This document shows, in pieces, positions 1 through 11,085 of a DNA stretch of 64,000 nucleotides. The stretch spans positions 31,062,001 through 31,126,000 of the forward strand of contig NC_043004.1 of assembly GCF_006345805.1 (NCBI RefSeq), given 5' to 3'. The stretch comes from Octopus sinensis (taxonomy: Eukaryota). Position 1 is the stretch's first letter. Every line of letters begins with the position of its first letter. The notes beneath the pieces are model-generated. The model worked only from the letters and a program-made list of their open reading frames with translations. It was not told where the DNA came from and did no database searches. The position numbers were made by a program, and so were the translations under genes.

Positions 1-23
1 AAGGAAAGAAGGAAAGAAGGAAG

Positions 24-58
24 GTTTAACGTTTCGAGCAGAGCTCTTCGTCAGAAAC
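24..58 (-). ncRNA. Minimal type I hammerhead ribozyme motif (Penelope-type)
   Basis: Minus strand reads gttt CUGACGA a GAGC ucu GCUC GAAA CG UU aaac. It has the core, a 4-bp stem II, a palindromic ACGU stem III and a 4-bp stem I (gttt/aaac). Confidence 0.75.
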
Positions 59-143
59 ATGGGAAAAGGAACGATCCAAAGAAAGGAAGACGGAGGGAAA
101 AAAATCGCCAACGGTATACACACGGTCACATTTTGAAAGTATG

Positions 144-195
<52 letters not shown>

Positions 196-220
196 TGCAC
201 ATATATATATATATATATAC

Positions 221-775
221 ACACAGGGCACGATGGGTAAATTATCGCCATCTTATATTTTTAATTTTGCACATGAACATTGTTTGTTTTGGATTTTGTC
301 AACTATACAGTATAGTAGGGTCAGTTGGGCACCGTCTGTGAGAAAAACAGCACCATGATACAATTCACTCTGCCAGAAATTTGGAAATGACATGCTGTAC
401 CGCTTGGCATTCACACCAGAAGCTCCAATATCAACATTTCAGAATGTCAATCTAAGGTCAGTGCATGTACCAAGAGTGATAAAACTCAAACACCTGGTCA
501 ACATCATGGTATTTGGAGTGATCACTACTGATGGTGACGTTATGCCTCCATTCATCTTCCCACACAGCCTCAGACTCAACACAGCGGCCTACATCAAGTG
601 CCTGGAGGAGGTAGTGCTGCCCTGGGTCAATGGCAATTTTACTGAATAAATTTACTCTTTAGTTTTCATGATATTTTTATGTAATTTTGGTAATTATATC
701 TGTTAAGATGAGATGTCAGTGTTATTTTCATTTTTGTGTAATTTAGACGACTGTTTGTTCACCACATTCTGTATG
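221..775 (+). mobile_element. Internally deleted IS630-Tc1-mariner superfamily transposon remnant
   Basis: ORF 392-649 contains KHLVNIMVFGVITTDGDVMPPFIFPHSLRLNTAAYIKCLEEVVLPWV, typical of the segment between the first and second catalytic Asp. Boundaries are approximate. Confidence 0.7.
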
Positions 776-970
776 TATATATATATATATGTATATATAT
801 GTATATATATGTATATATATATATATATCATCATCATCATCATCATCGTTTAGCATCCGTTTTCCATGCTAGCATGGGTTATATGACACTATCATACATT
901 AAATTCAAATTATGATGAAAGTAAACAAACAAAGTTTGTTTTAGAAGCGTTGAGATGTCTAGAAAGTTAA

Positions 971-1157
971 GGAAGTAATTTTTTATTCTCAAATGCAGGA
1001 TAATGCTAATAATATAGCATGAACAGGATAAACTACCCATATTTTGCAGAAAAATGTGTCGGCTGCCAACACATTTTTCTGCAAAATATGGGTAGTTTAT
1101 CCTGTTCATGCTATATTATTAGCATTATTCTGCATTTGAGAATAAAAAATTACTTCC
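971..1157. mobile_element. Palindromic MITE with TTAA target duplication and GG...CC ends (Kolobok-type)
   Basis: 187-bp near-perfect inverted repeat centred on T1064 with 2 mismatched pairs. TTAA lies at 967-970 and 1158-1161. Confidence 0.75.
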
Positions 1158-1233
1158 TTAATATATATATATGTGTGTGTATGTATGTATGTATGCATGT
1201 ATGTAAATATATATGTGTGTGTGTGTGTGTGTG

Positions 1234-1274
<41 letters not shown>

Positions 1275-2467
1275 TGTGTGTACAATTATGTATGCAGGCA
1301 AAGGGAAAAAATAAAAGTGTAGAAATAACAGGTGGATGACTTAATTGAATAAATTGAAACAGGTTTGCAGACAGGTGTGTGAAGATTTATACAAAACTGC
1401 ATGATATTAAAATGATATTATTACACAAAATTATATTGCAATGCTTGATAATTAATAAAAAAAAACAAAGTTCATGAACACAAAGACATTGAAATGACAA
1501 ATTACAACTACTACTATTTATATTTCTCTTTCATCTTTACTATTTAATTCTTTCTTATATGTTAATATCTTACAATGGTTAAGCAGTTTGCACTGGATAT
1601 ATGTCATTTCAGGCAGAGACTGAACTTAAATATAAAATATATTATTTTTACTATGTTTCTGTTCACCCACAAACCCAATGGTTTACTTTAAGGACATTTT
1701 CCAATATCCATTACTCTCATGATAATCCAGAAAAAAAATACATAAATAAATATATTGGCTTTTCTTTGATGATGATCACTCATCTAGAATAAATCTGTTA
1801 ATGTCATCAAATTATATCACAGAAGTAATCAGAAGATCAAGTCCTTGATGACAATTTAATGCTTCAACTGTCTAGTTAATAACATCAAGCCATGGAAAAC
1901 ATGAAGGAAATTGCATATTTGCTAGGGTTTCTTTCTTTTCTTAGATTTTTTTATCCTTGAAGTAATTACTTCGTTTGTAAATGAATATTTGAAAAAAATA
2001 ACTTCATTGAATACAGTTTAAGACATGCAATAAAGTTAAAGTCTATAAGAATAAAGTTATAAATATTAAAATTAAGTGGTTTTTTGTTTTGTTTTTTTCA
2101 AAAAAACACTTTTAGTTTTTTCTAGAAATTGGTTTTCATTGTTTCTGTGAATTCAAATTTCAATAAAATTAAGAAATCATCATCCTCAATGTTATAACAT
2201 TCACATTTCCATGCTCACATGGGTCAGACAGAATTCACTGAAGCAGATTTCCATGGCCAAATACCCTTCTTGCTGCCACAAGATAATATTTCCCCATGAC
2301 GAAACATGTTTTTCATGGAAGACTGGAAATGAAAGACACCACTTGTATAACAGGGATGCTTGTTTACAACTATCATACAATGTCAAGAAAAGGTGACAAT
2401 GATACACTCATGCACACACACTCACTTACACACACAACGTAATACATATATACATACATACATATAT

Positions 2468-2647
<180 letters not shown>

Positions 2648-2796
2648 CAAAGTATACAGTATTGTATATCCATTGTGGCCAATCTTACCAATCGGTTTCG
2701 AACTAGAGATTCAACAGAATGTTAGCTGACAGCCTGATTACGTAACACTATGCTCTTCAGATGGCAATCATGGAATATTCTTCCTGACTTAGATGG

Positions 2797-2838
<42 letters not shown>

Positions 2839-3126
2839 CCCTGCTGGCCTACTGGGACCCACATGGTAACAGCGTCATTTATGATTCTCAGCCAAATGGA
2901 AACAATCCCCTGTTATTGACATAGTAATAAAGTCTTTCCCTCCTCCATTTTCTAGAAAGGTCATTTGCTAGAGAAGCCATGAGCCAGCAGGTTTGGGATC
3001 TGACAATATACTGTAAAGCTAAGCACTTTATGGATGTGAAACCCAGGGAAATCCCATAAGCTGGCCTTATCTAACTTTATCTATACATACATATATATAT
3101 ATGCATGCATATATACATACATACAT

Positions 3127-3129
<3 letters not shown>

Positions 3130-3158
<29 letters not shown>

Positions 3159-3466
3159 GTTTAACGTCTGCTTTCCATGCTAGCATGGGTTGGATGGTTC
3201 GACCGGGGTCTGGGAAGCCAGAAGGCTGCACCAGGCTCCAGTCTGATTTTGCAGTATTTCTACAGCTGGATACCCTTCCTAACGCTAACCACTCCGTGAG
3301 TGTAGTGGGTGCTTTTTACGTGCCACTGGCACAGGTGCCAGGGAAGGCTGGCAACGGCTACGATCGGTTGGTGCTTTTTATGTGCCACCGGCACAGAAGC
3401 CAGTCAAGGTGGCGCTGGCAACGGCCACGTTCAGATGGTTCTTTAACATGCCACCAGCACTGGTAT

Positions 3467-3470
<4 letters not shown>
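3130..3470 (-). mobile_element. RTE LINE 3' UTR fragment ending in a (GAT)n tail; related copies at about 826-880, 11385-11765, 29943-30200, 31780-31950 (+), 48440-48660 (+)
   Basis: Same sequence family as the 3' UTR that is contiguous with RTE C-terminal coding sequence at 18080-18585 and 47480-48045. Confidence 0.7.
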
Positions 3471-3500
<30 letters not shown>

Positions 3501-4029
3501 CATATATACACATACATATATATAATCTTTTAGAATCCATAAATCAGAAAAAATGCACTCATGTATTTGGTAGTAGAATGGGTATATCAAATAAAGTGTT
3601 CAGTATTATTTACATATACATATATGAAAAGAACAAACTTTTTTCAGTCTTCATCTACCAAATCCACTTACAAAGCTTTAGTTTGGCCTAGGACTATAGT
3701 AGAAGATATTTATCTAAGATGCTACACAGCAGAACTGAACCTGAAACCATGCAGTTAGGAAGCAAACTTCTTTACCACACAACCATACCTAACTTCAGAA
3801 ACGTGTCTAAATATTATTGGCTTTTCCTTGCATGTTGCAGATGCACAGATCATTAAGAATAGTTATGAATAGAATAAGTTCAAATTCCTGAAAAATGCCT
3901 AAGAAGTAGTTAACAGTTTCTGTTAAATAGGTTTCCCAATCAACAATAGAGATGGTATAGGAGTGAAAGGAAGAACCTGAGGTTAACATTGTCTGTTGAA
4001 TGTGTTTGTTAGTGTAATTGAACAACCAA

Positions 4030-4262
4030 GCGCAAGTGAGCTGAGTGAAAGACAGGGCTTGAGAGGAACCAGATGCAGCTTACTAGAGAGGAGACTGAGC
4101 TAATCCTGGGCATGTGATGCGTATGGAGAATAGCAGTTTGGTAAAGAGATGTCAAGCAATACTAGTGGAAAGGACCTATGGAAGAGACAAACATGGGAAG
4201 ATGTGGGACAAAGTGATGAAGCATGATCTCAAGAAATTGAAAGTCATGAAGATGACAAAGGG
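4030..4262 (+). mobile_element. RTE LINE ORF C-terminal remnant
   Basis: GHVMRMENSSLVKRCQAILVERTYGRDKHGKMWDKVMKHDLKKL resembles the RTE W(F/Y)GHVxRM...GRPRKTWxxxVxxDL motif. Confidence 0.7.
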
Positions 4263-4289
4263 TGTTTCTCCAGCACAGCAATTCCATCA

Positions 4290-4530
4290 AAATAAGACGG
4301 TGGTGGTGGTGGTGGTTGTGGTGGTGAAAATGATGATGGTGATGACAAGGATGGTAATAATAACAAGAATAATGATGAAGAGCAGGAATACATTTACAAC
4401 AATGACAATAATGACAACAATGATGATAATGGCAATGGTGATGATGATGATGATGATGATGACGACGACGACGACGACGACGACAGTGGTGGTGGTGGTG
4501 GTGGTGATTATGATGATGATGATGGTGATA
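4290..4530. repeat. Compound trinucleotide microsatellite (GGT/GAT/GAC); similar arrays at 7140-7330 and 7390-7520
   Basis: Seen directly; it explains the poly-V/M/T/I ORFs in the track. Confidence 0.95.
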
Positions 4531-5061
4531 CTACAGTCACATGACTTCATATTTTTTTGTGAGGAAAAATGAAAGTGCGTGAAGCCTCAACAAGCTTGTC
4601 TCACATCTACTATCAGTGTGAAAAAATAATAAAATAATACTAAAATAAAACTAAAATAAATAAAAAGTGAAATGGCTGCAACTGGGAATTAAAACTGGTG
4701 GAGTCAGCTTTATGAGAAAAATTGCTTCTTCTTCTTTATGGTAGCGGTTTGTATTAGGAAGAGAGGAGGAAGTGATGTAAATGGGGAGGAGGAAAGGAAA
4801 AAAGACAGACAATAAAGAAGAGGTAGAAGAAGGAAAAGAGAAAAAGAACTAAAAAGTACAGGGTGCAACAAAAATAAACTCATATTCACCATTCTTGATA
4901 AACATTTCAGTAGTAAAATGCGCAATGTATACTGGACCAAACTGTAATAGTAACTAAGACAAATAACAATAAAACACTATCTACATAAAGACACCACTAT
5001 CACCTGCCTAACTTCACTATCATTCACACCAATGTCTGTCTAAAATATGGGAGGTATTTCT

Positions 5062-5660
5062 TATTTCTTTATTTCCCACAAGGGGCTAAACATAGAGGGG
5101 ACAAACAAGGACAGACAAAGAGGTTAAGCCAATTACATAGACCCCAGTGCATAACTGGTACTTAATTTATCGACCCCGAGAGGATAAAAGGCAAAGTCGA
5201 CCTCTGCAGAATTTGAACTCAGAATGTAACGGCAGACAAAATACCTATTTCTTTACTACCCACAAGGGGCTAAACATAGAGGGGACAAACAAGGACAGAC
5301 AAGGGGATTAAGTCGATTACATCGACCCCATTGCATAACTGGTACTTAATTTATCGACCCCGAAAGGATGAAAGGCAAAGTCGACCTCAGCATAATTTGA
5401 ACCCAGAACGTAACGGCAGACAAAATACCTATTTCTTTATTACCCACAAGGGGCTAAACACAGAGGGGACAAACAAGGACAGACAAGGGGATTAAGTCGA
5501 TTACATCGACCCCAGTGCATAACTAGTACTTAATTTATCAACCTCGAAAGGATGAAAGGCAAAGTCAACCTCAGCAGAATTTGAACCCAGAATGTAACGG
5601 CAGACGAAATACCGCTAAGCATTTCGCCCAGCATGCTAATGTTTCTGCCAGCTCACCTCC
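5062..5660 (-). mobile_element. tRNA-derived SINE (octopus OK-like family): one head plus three tandem 184-bp bodies
   Basis: Head at 5614-5660; units at 5430-5613, 5246-5429 and 5062-5245. The anchor aggggc starts at 5081, 5265 and 5449. Confidence 0.85.
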
Positions 5661-5917
5661 TGAAGGTATTTCTTTTATGTCACACCCTGTATATAATATT
5701 AACAAGTTTAACTCAATAGGAAATAGATAAATAAATATGCTGAAAACAGAAATTGTGTGAAGTAGCAAGTTTACTTCAACATGTATTTCTGCATGTTTTT
5801 CCCAGTAAATATTTATTTATTATAAACTGTAAATCGTGATTTTGTGGGTGGAATAAATTAAAATGTGTGAAAAGTAAGTCAGGTTGAAGTAGTTGTTTCC
5901 TTCCTTTCTCTGAGTGG

Positions 5918-5955
<38 letters not shown>

Positions 5956-6351
5956 AGATAGTGATGTGCAAACATTAACTGTAAGAGTTCAGTCTATTTA
6001 TTGATGGTTTAGTCAACAATGGAGGGAAGGGGCAGTACCCTGAGCAGATTGATATGGTGGCTGTTCGTTGCAGGAAAGATGTGGGTTTAGAAGGAATTTC
6101 CAGAAGCTGATAATTTTGTGTAGGAAGAAGAGATGAACATTGTGGTTGGTGTGAGACTTGGAGAAGAGAAAGAGACACAAGTGTCAAGTAGACTCAGGTG
6201 GAGGCATTTTGACACCCACTAGTTCTGAACAACAGAAATAGTTGTGGTCATAGTTAGAGGAGTGGAGGGAGGAGTAGAAGAGTTCAAAACAGAAACTGAA
6301 TCAAAATTGTGTTTCTATTATAACATCTTCATTAAAACATCATATATCGTA

Positions 6352-6733
6352 GGCGTAGGAGTGGCTGTGTGGTAAGTAGCTTGCTTACGAGCCACATGGT
6401 TCCAGGTTCAGTCCCACTGCGTGGCACCTTGGGCAAGTGTCTTCTACTATAGCCTCGGGCCAACCAAAGCCTTGTGAGTGGATTTGGTAGGTGGAAACTG
6501 AAAGAAGCCCATCGTATATATGTATATATATGTATGTTTGTCCCCCCAACATCGCTTGACAACTGATGCTGGCGTGTTTAGTCCTTGTAACTTAGCAGTT
6601 CGGCAAAAGAGACTGATAGAATAAGTACTAGGCTTACAAAGAATAAGTCCTGGGATCGATTTGCTCAACTAAAGGTGGTGCTCCAGCATGGCCACAGTCA
6701 AATGACTGAAACAAGTAAAAGAGTAAAGAGTAT
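6352..6733 (+). mobile_element. tRNA-derived CORE-type SINE (octopus OR-like) with internal microsatellite, full length
   Basis: A-box and B-box-like head, CORE-like gcaccttgggcaagtgtcttct, internal (TA)/(TG) tract and 3' tail with a cagtca-aa-tgactg hairpin. Confidence 0.85.
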
Positions 6734-7934
6734 ATCACCCTGCCTCTCATCAAATGTAAAGAATTTCTTCTTTTTCTTGTTGGGTCTGGATGAAAAAATC
6801 ATGCCCCGTGACTATTTTAGGCCCTCTGGGTCTGACAAGATTGAGCCCTTAGTGTTCCATTTTAACAGGTGCCGAGAGAACAAGGTACTCGCAAACAGTA
6901 TTATGTCTGTATGTCATCTATTTAATAACAACTATGTGGTGAGAAGCACCTGATGCCATACAACCTACAAAGTTTATAGAATTCCTGAGAAATATTAGTC
7001 GAGTACTGATATGTGAGTCAGTGTTGAGTATACAACGACAATAGATACATCACACCATAATGTAGTTGAGGCGCACTCAAAAAACAGCTGCACTTACAAT
7101 TACCAACTGCTACTGTTGGTACATCAACCACGTTGTGTACAATAGTGTTGTGGCCACTACTACTGCTACTGCTACCACTATAACCACTACTGCTACAATT
7201 TCTACTACCACCACCATGCCACCATCACCACCTCCACCAGCAACACCATAACCACCACTACAATTACTACCACTGTTACTACATCTATTACCACCACCAC
7301 CATAACCACTACTGCTACAATTTCTACTACTTTTAATTCTTGATGTAGCAATCCTTTTGGCAGCTGTTTGTCGTTTTCTATCTGCCTAATGGTGGTGGTG
7401 GTGGCGGCGGCGGATGGTGGTGGTAGTGGTGGTGGTGGTGGTGGTGGTGGTGATGATGAGGAGGATGTTGATGATGATGATGATGATGATGATGGCGATG
7501 ACGACGACGACGACGAGGATATTCTCCTGATGCTCCTTGACCAAATTTTAAAATTTATGTTCCAAGTTATTTTGTTTCACTTGTAAGGCTTAGGGAAGAC
7601 AAACCATCTCAGTAGCCACTACTAGCCCCACCCTTGCTGCTCCTATGAAAACTGGTTGTTTAAAGGTTTCTTTTTAAATTGTATAAATTAAAGTTCTTTT
7701 CCTCGTTCCTGAAAGTCCAAATTCACAAATTTATAGGTTTAAATACTGAGTGCTATGTTATAGTATGCTGTCAGTAAAGTCAAAATATGACATGGTTTTG
7801 ATGTTTGATTGAAGCTAATTCACTTCACCTACGTTGCCAATATTCTTGGAAAACTCATGAACATCTCAGTATTCTATTTACCTACTTTTTCATATCTCAG
7901 AACCTTGTTTTGAAAGTGTACATGCCAGGCAAGT

Positions 7935-8234
7935 TTGTTCCTTCTTCAGCCAAGCCTGGCTCATAAGGGCCAGTTTCCCTGTTTCCGTGGCGAATAGGTT
8001 CCCCACATAGACAGGACGCGGGTCCGTCGCAAGTGAGCTGCAAGATGCAGGAGGAAAGAGAGAGAGAAAGTTTTGGCGAAGGAGTCAGCAGAAGTTTGCC
8101 ATTACCTTCTGTCGGAGCCACGTGGAGCTTAGGTGTTTCGCTCATAAACACACACATCGCCCAGTCTGAGATTTGACCCCGCGATCCCCCGACCACGAGT
8201 CCGCTGCTCTAACCATTAGGTCATGTGCCTCCAC
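7935..8234 (-). mobile_element. tRNA-derived SINE with Meta/V-domain-like central region and a 14-bp TSD
   Basis: Head ggaggcacatgacctaatggttagagc...gggtcaaatc; central ttgcgacggacccgcgtcctgtc. TSD catgccaggcaagt at 7921-7934 and 8235-8248. Confidence 0.8.
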
Positions 8235-9394
8235 CATGCCAGGCAAGTGATTTCATCTGAGACCTTATGAGAAGGTACTGGAAAGTTTCTGGCTTTAAGA
8301 GTATTGCAAAAGGCCTTGGCTGGAGGCCCAGCCTTCTGAGTTCTTTTACAGGCTGAGAAAAACTGCTGTAGTAAGTGTGCGAATCTGAGAGGGGAATGTG
8401 TTGTATAAAATCATAAATAACTGATCATTCTGTATTTTCTTTTACCCAAAGCCAGAAACTTTTCAGCACCCTCTCATCTGTTGAAATTAAAATGATCACA
8501 GCATGGAAGACACATAATGGTTTCAAATTTTGAAAGATTCACACAGATACAAAGATTGAGGAAGGAGAAGGGAAAAGAATGAAAAGGGAAGAAAAGAAAG
8601 AAAAAGGTGGAGGAGAGTAAAGCAGTGGAAGGTGGAAGGAAAGGAGGCAATGTGCTATATCCCAGAAAAAAGTGGGGTGCTCAGCCACACCCCATGGTAA
8701 TGACCGCTATACTCTATTTTGATACTTTCTCTATCACACCTCGGTCATTAAACCCAGGCGCTACTACCTGCCATTCAGGGAACAGAAGATGACTAAATAA
8801 TAGTCATTAACCAACAAATTTCTTTTTAAGCCAGTCACTGACTTCCGATATTCTCAGTCACCACACTGCTGCCCTCTTTTATTAAACTCAGATGTTGGTG
8901 TCATGCCTGAAGAGAGAACCCTATGAGGTAGAATGTCTATCACAAACTGTTCTGTGTGGCAATATTTTTTGCTATCTCATCTATGGGGTGTAGATGAGAT
9001 AAGTCATTCAACAGATGCTATGGTGTTTGTTTGAGTTGTTATTTTGGGGGCTGTTGTTGTCTTTTTGATGTGCACATGTATTTTTTCAGAAGTAAAAATC
9101 TTCACAGCATGCTGAAATGAGAGATGAAAGAAAGCAAGAAATATATATGTATATGTGTGTGTATGTATGTATGTGTGTGTGTATGTGAGAGTGTGTGTGT
9201 GTTTGTGTGTGTATACTCATATACGCATACATAAATAAACATGGCTCTGTGATTAAGAAGTTTGCTTCACAACAACATTTTTCAGATTCAGCCCCACAAG
9301 TGTACTTTAGGGTGTTTTGTAATATAGTTTCAGGTCAGCAGAAGGTTTCTAAATTGAAACTGAAAGCCTGATATATATATATATACTCACTCTC

Positions 9395-9609
9395 ACTCTC
9401 TTTACTCTTTTACTTGTTTCAGTCATTTGATTGTGGCCATACTGGAGTACCGCCTTTAGTCGAGCAAATTGACCCCAGAACTTATTCTTTGTAAGCCTAG
9501 TACTTATTCTATCAGTCTCTTTTGCCGAACCGCTAAGTTACGGGGATGTAAACACACCAGCTTCAGTTATCAAGCGATGTTGGGGTGACAAACACAGACA
9601 CACAAACAT

Positions 9610-9662
<53 letters not shown>

Positions 9663-9785
9663 TATACATATATACGACAAGCTTCTTTCAGTTTCCATCT
9701 ACCAAATCCATTCACAAGTCTTTGGTCGGCCCGAGGCTATAGTAGAAGACACTTGCCCAAGGTGCCATGCAGTGGGACTGAACCC
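9395..9785 (-). mobile_element. CORE-type SINE copy, 5' truncated
   Basis: Reverse complement of the 6352-6733 family, including the internal microsatellite. Confidence 0.85.
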
Positions 9786-9798
9786 ACGCCAATATATA

Positions 9799-9873
<75 letters not shown>

Positions 9874-9922
9874 TTATATATATATATGTTCATATATCTA
9901 TCTATCTATCTCAGTATATATA

Positions 9923-10103
9923 CAGTAATCCCTCGGCTATCATGGGTGTCACGTTTCAAAACCTTCCACAGAAATAATTAAAATCTAAAAAAATATAAAC
10001 ATCTATTGGCAGCAGAAACCCGTGATATACCGAATGCATGGTAGGTGAACCATGATGCACTGAGTGTGCGACAGGTGAACTGCAATATGACGAGAGGTTA
10101 CTG
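9923..10103. mobile_element. Tigger/pogo-like MITE; a related end starts at 12334
   Basis: TA followed by cagtaatccctcg at 9923-9935, with the inverse cgagaggttactg at 10091-10103. Confidence 0.65.
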
Positions 10104-10493
10104 TGTGTGTATATATATATATATTTATATATATATATATATATACGACAACATTATGTAAACTAATTTTTCTGCTGTTTTCATGGCTATACTACATTCA
10201 AAATTTACTTTCTTGTCTGTAAAATATGAAATACATTCAATGCTTCCAAAGTTTGTTTACATAATGTTGTCGCTATAATTCTTTAGTGTTTAATTTGATG
10301 GTGATTGTTGTCAGTGGGCCATTTAGCTTAATTGTGCTGTACTCAGCTGATATCTGGGGATGCAGGTTTGAGTCCCGTAGCCATTTACAGACAACTTTTC
10401 TGTATTATAAGGGTAAAATACTGAATCTTTCTGCAGTTTTCACAGTTATACTGCATTCAAAATTTACTTTCTTCTCTGTAAAATATATATATA

Positions 10494-10661
10494 GGTGCAG
10501 TATTGGCTGTGTGGTAAGTAGCTTGCTTACCAACCACATGGTTCTGGGTTCAGTCCTACTGCATGGCACCTCGGTCAAGTGTCTTCTACTATAGCCTCGG
10601 GTCAACCAAAGACTTGTGAGTGGATTTGGTAGACAGAAACTGAAAGAAGTTGTCATATATA

Positions 10662-10716
<55 letters not shown>

Positions 10717-10936
10717 GTGTGTGTATATGTTTGTGTGTTTGTGTTTGTCCCCCGCCCAACATCACTTGACAACCAATGGTGGTGTGTTTATGTCCCTGCA
10801 ACCTAGAGTTTGGCAAAAGAGACCGATAGAATAAGTACTAGGCTTACAAAGTTCTGGGGTTGGTTTGCTCGACTAAAGGTGGTGCTCCAGCATGGCTGCA
10901 GTCAAATGACTGAAACAAGTAAAAAAAGAGAGTATA
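10494..10936 (+). mobile_element. CORE-type SINE copy, full length
   Basis: Same family as 6352-6733. Confidence 0.85.
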
Positions 10937-11009
10937 TAAATACACACACACACATATATATATATACATACATACACACACACACATATATATACATACA
11001 TACACACAC

Positions 11010-11015
11010 ACACGT

Positions 11016-11084
<69 letters not shown>

Positions 11085-11085
11085 C
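11010..11085. repeat. (GATA)n microsatellite
   Basis: Seen directly. Confidence 0.95.
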
